Below, one piece after another: positions 6,758 through 11,173 of a stretch of 11,173 nucleotides of DNA (the first letter of the stretch is position 1; each line of letters opens with the position of its first letter). This DNA comes from Candidatus Bipolaricaulia bacterium. Its GTDB lineage: Bacteria > Bipolaricaulota > Bipolaricaulia > RBG-16-55-9. The stretch is taken from the NCBI GenBank assembly GCA_042219045.1, contig JBDGQO010000046.1, forward strand, positions 1 to 11,173, given 5' to 3'. A model generated the notes under the pieces. The model made no database searches, was not told the origin of the DNA, and saw only the letters and a list, made by a program, of their open reading frames with translations. The position numbers were made by a program, and so were the translations under genes.

Positions 6758-7597
6758 TTAGGCCGTGCCCGAGGGACGAACGGCCACAACGTGCAACCAG
6801 AGACGAGGCACGGACTCGATATCCATCTCTTCAAACACCTGAGAGACCGTATTCTGTAGCGCCTCCACGGCTTCGTCCAAGGGGACGCCAGGCAGCGCTC
6901 CTTGGACGAAGTCACGGAACTGGCTGATGCCGAGCCATCCCTCTAACGGCACGTTGACCGTCTCGAGACGGCGCTCCGCGACGTCGAAGCCCTGCCGCCT
7001 GAGAAGGGCCTCGTACCCCGCCACGTCGAGCGGCTGGCGGGCCACCACCCGCTCTCGGTCCGGCTTGAGGCCGTATTGGCGCTTGAGGTAGCGCAACGCG
7101 CGCATCATCCAACGCCGGTAGAACATCTCCGTCTCCGAGGGCTGAGCCCCCTCAAAGAACGTCGTGTTGAACGCGAAGACGCCGCCCGGGGTCAAGATCC
7201 GGTTGACCTCGCCGACGATCGCGTCCTTCTCCTCCATCATGTGGATGGCGTTGCAGAAGATGACGGCATCAACCCGGCGCTGCACCGAGTCGGACAGCGA
7301 CTCCGCCTGGCCTTGGATGAATTCGACGGTGGCGTTGCGGCGTTCGGCCAGGTTTCGCCGGGCAATGTCCAAGGCCTCGGTAGAGGCGTCCATCGCGACC
7401 ACGCAGCGGTCGCGCAGGCCTTGGAGCTTGTCCAGGATCAGCTGGGTGACCGCGCCCGTCCCGCAAGCGAGGTCCAACACGCACCGGCGCGTATCGACGT
7501 TGGCGAGATCGACCAAGCGAGCATTGACGGCCTCGTAGAACGACTGCCGCGCAAACCGGTGGAAGGAAAACCGTTCGTCTTCAGAAGTGGCACCCAT
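6758..7597 (-). CDS. Class I SAM-dependent methyltransferase, substrate unknown
   Basis: Motif I VLDLACGTG, acidic end of beta2 (AMDAS), VDAVIFCNAIH, RILTPGG. AGGAG SD overlaps the acylphosphatase stop. Confidence 0.9.
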   Translation of the reverse strand: MGATSEDERFSFHRFARQSFYEAVNARLVDLANVDTRRCVLDLACGTGAVTQLILDKLQGLRDRCVVAMDASTEALDIARRNLAERRNATVEFIQGQAESLSDSVQRRVDAVIFCNAIHMMEEKDAIVGEVNRILTPGGVFAFNTTFFEGAQPSETEMFYRRWMMRALRYLKRQYGLKPDRERVVARQPLDVAGYEALLRRQGFDVAERRLETVNVPLEGWLGISQFRDFVQGALPGVPLDEAVEALQNTVSQVFEEMDIESVPRLWLHVVAVRPSGTA

Positions 7598-7608
7598 TGT
7601 GTACGCTC

Positions 7609-7884
7609 CTATCCTCGAATGGAGAACCCGGAAAACTCGCCCGTGGGGGCTTGCCAGTCGACCTCAACGTGATCGACGTGGGCGGCCGGTGGCCCATCTC
7701 GGCACCAGTCGAGGGCCTGTTGCACGCTCGCTTCATCGCCCTCAAAGACGGCTTCCACCCGCCCGTCGGGGAGGTTGCGGACGAACCCGCTGACGCCCAG
7801 GGACTGGACGCGGCGTTGGGTGGCCGCGCGGAAGTTGACGCCTTGAACCCGGCCGGAAATGATCGCATGAGCCCGTTGTGCCAT
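7609..7884 (-). CDS. acyP: Acylphosphatase
   Basis: GRVQGVNFR, GFVRNLPDGRVE and GPP motifs; 91 aa. Confidence 0.96.
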   Translation of the reverse strand: MAQRAHAIISGRVQGVNFRAATQRRVQSLGVSGFVRNLPDGRVEAVFEGDEASVQQALDWCRDGPPAAHVDHVEVDWQAPTGEFSGFSIRG

Positions 7885-7891
7885 TCAAAAT

Positions 7892-7920
7892 ATTGTCACA
7901 AGGACGAGGCTCGCTTGCAA
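7892..7920 (-). promoter_or_regulatory. Sigma70-type promoter, probably giving a leaderless acyP mRNA
   Basis: Minus strand: TTGCAA, 17 bp ending in TGT (extended -10), GACAAT, 7 nt, ATG. No SD before the ATG. Confidence 0.55.
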
Positions 7921-8029
7921 GACGTCGCTGACCGCTCCTTACTGGACCAACGTCCCCTCCCCGGCGCCTCTTCGTCCTTTCCCTGCTCGGTCTCACGATC
8001 CATGGTTGCGTGTAGGAGTCACCTCCTGG

Positions 8030-8163
8030 AAGAGGGCTTGGTGGCCCGTGCGGGGTCCCCTCCTTGCCCCACATGGGTCGGGCGTCGCCAGAGTTTTGCT
8101 GCGTGCCCCGCCTCTGCGCAGATTTTTGCTCAGCGACGCTCCCAAAACGGCCAAGCCCCTCTT
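8030..8163. ncRNA. Structured three-way-junction element (ncRNA, 3' UTR element or MITE-like), unclassified
   Basis: Closing inverted repeat AAGAGGGCTTGG 8030-8041 / CCAAGCCCCTCTT 8151-8163; hairpin 8044-8055 / 8067-8078; long hairpin 8082-8103 / 8117-8139. Confidence 0.55.
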
Positions 8164-9167
8164 TACTTTTCCGCCCCTGGCGAACCGGTCGTCATGACGC
8201 GCTGGGCGACGTGGCGCCCGGCCGTGAATGCCTCGCGAATGCCCTCCGGGTCGAAGTCGAGCAACCCGACCGGCGGCACCTCCGGCTCAAACACGACGAG
8301 TTCCGCTTCGACCTTGCCCGCGAGCCAATCGAGGCCCCGTTCCGCCAACGCCTCGCGATCCCAGCCGCGCTCGCGTGCCAAGTGGAGCCCGTCATTGATC
8401 TGTCGCGCGTGTTCCAGGTCGTGATGCGTCACTCCGGCCATCATGATGTCGACGCTGCGCTCCAACAGGTCGATCAGGTCGCGTTCCCCCTGCACATGGG
8501 GCAAATGCCGGGGCGTGGACAGCACGACGAACATCCGCTTCGCTCGATCCAGATCGCTGTCGAGTAGGGCCAGGCCGTCGAAAGCGTCCCCCAACGGCGC
8601 GATGTTGCGCGTGCCGCCGTCAATGTAGCGCTCACCGCGGACTCTGACGGGCGGAAAGATCCAGGGTATGGCCGTGCTGGCCAAGACAAAGTGCTTGATG
8701 TCCGGATCGTGGCCGCTGGCGGAAACGTAGTCACCCCGATCGAGCGACACGACGCCGACCCGCAGATCGCGTCGGGCCCGGTGCAGGCGCTCGGCGTCGA
8801 GGTGCCGGTCGACCAGGCGTCTCAAGGGGGTGGGATCATAGATGGCGTGGGAGCCGATCCCGCTCAGCAGGTGATCCAGATCGGCCGGCAACTCCAGCAA
8901 CCTCGCGATGCCGCGCTTCAGAAAGACGTCTCGGTAGCTGCGGATGCCGAAGTAGAGGTCCTTCAGGACGTCCACTTGCGCCGCAAGCTCATCCGCCCCA
9001 TCGGCCTGGGCCAGCATCGCAGCGTTGAGCGCCCCCACGGAGACCCCCGTGATGACGTCGAAGTCGAGCCCGTGATCGTGGACGAGATAGTCGACCACGC
9101 CCACCTCGAACGCCCCGCGGGCCCCGCCGCCGCTCATCACCAGCGCGTTCGCGCTTGCCTCGTTCAT
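8163..9167 (-). CDS. Patatin-like phospholipase
   Basis: Oxyanion GGGARG, nucleophile GVSVG, ASTAIP and catalytic DGG motifs. Confidence 0.93.
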   Translation of the reverse strand: MNEASANALVMSGGGARGAFEVGVVDYLVHDHGLDFDVITGVSVGALNAAMLAQADGADELAAQVDVLKDLYFGIRSYRDVFLKRGIARLLELPADLDHLLSGIGSHAIYDPTPLRRLVDRHLDAERLHRARRDLRVGVVSLDRGDYVSASGHDPDIKHFVLASTAIPWIFPPVRVRGERYIDGGTRNIAPLGDAFDGLALLDSDLDRAKRMFVVLSTPRHLPHVQGERDLIDLLERSVDIMMAGVTHHDLEHARQINDGLHLARERGWDREALAERGLDWLAGKVEAELVVFEPEVPPVGLLDFDPEGIREAFTAGRHVAQRVMTTGSPGAEK

Positions 9168-9187
9168 ACCCTGAGCATTCTAGCCGA

Positions 9188-10558
9188 TCAGTCGGCGCCG
9201 GAGGCAACATGCGTAGGCTCGGCCGACGAGCCGGCATCGCGGTTTGAGACGGCCGCCCAGGCGGCTCGGCTTCGCCAGAGGAGCCAGCCCACTTGGACGA
9301 GGCCCCCGACGACGAACGCGCCGACGCCGATGTAGAGCCCGGTGATCGTCCCTTGCGCGACGCCGATCCCGAGCACGACGCCCGCGCTGAGCAGAAAGAT
9401 CGCCACGGCCTCGCTGACGCCGCGCGTCCGGCGGCTATGGACGAGCAGCCCCTGGAGCGCGTTCTGCCACACGCTGATCGCCGGCATCAGAATCCCGATC
9501 CAGAGGGCCGACCCGCCGAGCGCGGCCAGCCCAGGTCGCAGGCCGGAGATCGTATGGAACCACAGCCACGACAACGGCGTGGCGGCGATGAGGGCCATGA
9601 CGAGCGTCAAGATCGCGCTGAGCGCAACGGTGAACCGCCGGAGGGTGAACGCGGAGCCGGGCTCGTCCAACAGCGCGACGACGACCTCCTGGTACGCGAA
9701 CCCGAGGCTGCGCAACAGAAACATCAAACCTTGGATGACGGGCCACACGGCCAGCGACATGAGCGCGTCCGGCATGCGGCTGATCATCGCGCTGCCGAGC
9801 GGGTTGATCATCAGGTTCATGAGCGACATCAGCGACAATGGAACGTAGAATCGGGCGAACTCGCGATACGATAGCGGCGTCTCGATGGGCGCTTCCGGGT
9901 AGAGTTGCTGGGACAGCACGGGCTGCACGCGCCAGCCGATGAACGCGGCCTCGGCAATCACGCCTGCCGCGACGGCGCTGGGACCGACGACAATTCCGGG
10001 CCACGTCCCGACGGCGTAGCCGATGCCCAATACGCCTCCCAGGGCTCCCAACCGACAGAGCGTCCCCTGCGTCACGACGGGCGCCTGATCGTAGCGGATC
10101 AGCACACCCTGGTTGAACCGTCGATACGCGATGGACCATGACCAGGGGAGCATGATAAGCAGGCCAATGCGAGCAGGCTCGATCACCTCGGCCGGGGCGC
10201 CGATGATCCCTTCCACGACGACGTAGTAGAGCGGCGTCGCTGCGATCAGCAGGTGGATTGCGGTCAGCGTCGCACCGGCCAACAGCATGAACTTGCGCAG
10301 CTTGAGATAGCTGGCCCAGTCCTTGCTGAGAGCCGTCGATGCGGCCAACAGCATGATGATGGGCGACTCGATGATGAGCGAGAGGGGAAAGACGACGCCG
10401 CCGTAGGCGGCCAAGCTGACCTCGGGATTTGCCAAGCGGGCGATCACCGCGCTCACCGAGGGAAGCTCAACGCCCATGAGCATCCAGCTGGCCGCCAACG
10501 GCCACCAGCGCTTCAACACGCGGCGCGTGGGAACGGACGGCGGAGGCGCTTGTGCCAT
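9188..10558 (-). CDS. Multi-pass membrane protein, MATE/MOP superfamily, ANKH-like
   Basis: About 12 hydrophobic segments in two homologous halves (WWPLAASWMLM...SAVIARLANPEVSLAAY versus YVPLSLMSLMN...SAMISRMPDALMSLAVW). Start is ATG 10558 or GTG 10564. Confidence 0.75.
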   Translation of the reverse strand: MAQAPPPSVPTRRVLKRWWPLAASWMLMGVELPSVSAVIARLANPEVSLAAYGGVVFPLSLIIESPIIMLLAASTALSKDWASYLKLRKFMLLAGATLTAIHLLIAATPLYYVVVEGIIGAPAEVIEPARIGLLIMLPWSWSIAYRRFNQGVLIRYDQAPVVTQGTLCRLGALGGVLGIGYAVGTWPGIVVGPSAVAAGVIAEAAFIGWRVQPVLSQQLYPEAPIETPLSYREFARFYVPLSLMSLMNLMINPLGSAMISRMPDALMSLAVWPVIQGLMFLLRSLGFAYQEVVVALLDEPGSAFTLRRFTVALSAILTLVMALIAATPLSWLWFHTISGLRPGLAALGGSALWIGILMPAISVWQNALQGLLVHSRRTRGVSEAVAIFLLSAGVVLGIGVAQGTITGLYIGVGAFVVGGLVQVGWLLWRSRAAWAAVSNRDAGSSAEPTHVASGAD

Positions 10559-10650
10559 GAGCACGCCACTTTAGTCCATGGCGAGGATCGTGTCACGGCG
10601 ACGTCAATGGGAATCCCGTAACGCGGGTTTCGGGGATCCGGTGGGAAGCG

Positions 10651-11064
10651 TCAGGCCCACATCGTCTCCGCGAGCTCGATCAACAGATGGCGGTGGCAAG
10701 CCTTATCGGCCGCGCAATAGCAGACCAAATAAGCGTCTCGGTCGGCGCTTCGTTTCGCCAGATGGGACAACGTCCGTAAGGCGTCGTCGTCTTGGCGGAT
10801 TTGCGAGACAAATCGCTCGCGGTAGTGGACGGCCTCGAAGGCCTGATTGTGCGCGCGGGTGTCGGGAACCCCATCCCGCTTCAGGGCCGCCTTGGCGTCC
10901 ATGAAATCGCTCAGCAGATCCGTCGATGGCGCCAGCTCCGGCTTCCGCTCGAGGCGCTCGCGCTGGTCGCGCCGGAGGAACCAGGGCGCCTTCCGGGTCA
11001 CATCGACGAGCCAAGGCCCGTTCGGAACGTTGTCCAGCTGGGCAAAATAGGTCTGCCTGAGCAT
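10651..11064 (-). CDS. DUF488 (YeaO-like) family protein
   Basis: PELAPSTDLL, YRERF, LVCY and CHR motifs. GGAGG SD upstream. Confidence 0.8.
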   Translation of the reverse strand: MLRQTYFAQLDNVPNGPWLVDVTRKAPWFLRRDQRERLERKPELAPSTDLLSDFMDAKAALKRDGVPDTRAHNQAFEAVHYRERFVSQIRQDDDALRTLSHLAKRSADRDAYLVCYCAADKACHRHLLIELAETMWA

Positions 11065-11085
11065 GTGCGCCCTCCGTTCCCCCCC

Positions 11086-11113
11086 ATGATGGCGACATCG
11101 AGCGTTCGGTCAA
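11086..11113 (-). promoter_or_regulatory. Possible promoter for the DUF488 gene
   Basis: Minus strand TTGACC, 16 bp, CATCAT. An inverted repeat GTTCGG 11104-11109 / CCGAAC 11119-11124 overlaps the -35. Confidence 0.3.
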
Positions 11114-11173
11114 ACGGTCCGAACCGTAAGCGTCAGGATCACGGTCGTTCGCCGGTCCTTTGAGAACGGCCTA

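Noticed and set aside
7597..8424. 275-aa plus-strand ORF and other ORFs crossing the 7885-8162 gap
   Set aside because: They overlap acyP and patatin and show no protein-like motifs.
8163..9167. Patatin as a CBASS or other defence effector
   Set aside because: No cyclase or other defence gene is nearby, and the context is housekeeping.
10610..10640. Imperfect hairpin between DUF488 and the membrane-protein gene
   Set aside because: Several weak alternative pairings and no U-tract on the coding strand.

Overview
GC-rich bacterial chromosomal window of mostly housekeeping and accessory genes. I found no transposase, CRISPR array, rRNA or tRNA. Gene order: a minus-strand cluster (TatA-like protein with 30-aa repeats, alpha-glucan phosphorylase, HDAC-family deacetylase cut off by the left edge); a ~430-bp intergenic region with a strong sigma70-like promoter and a structured RNA candidate; PolB-like DEDDy 3'-5' exonuclease (+); YfcE-type metallophosphoesterase (+); DsrE-like protein (-); YjjX ITPase/XTPase (+); HU (+); then a minus-strand run of DUF488, ANKH/MATE-like membrane protein, patatin, acylphosphatase and class I methyltransferase. 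The least explained signals are two base-paired non-coding elements (about 3516-3710 and 8014-8163), an SD-led 45-codon uORF ahead of the exonuclease, the repeat-expanded TatA, and a perfect 18-bp palindrome. All pairings were found by eye and no folding or database search was run.
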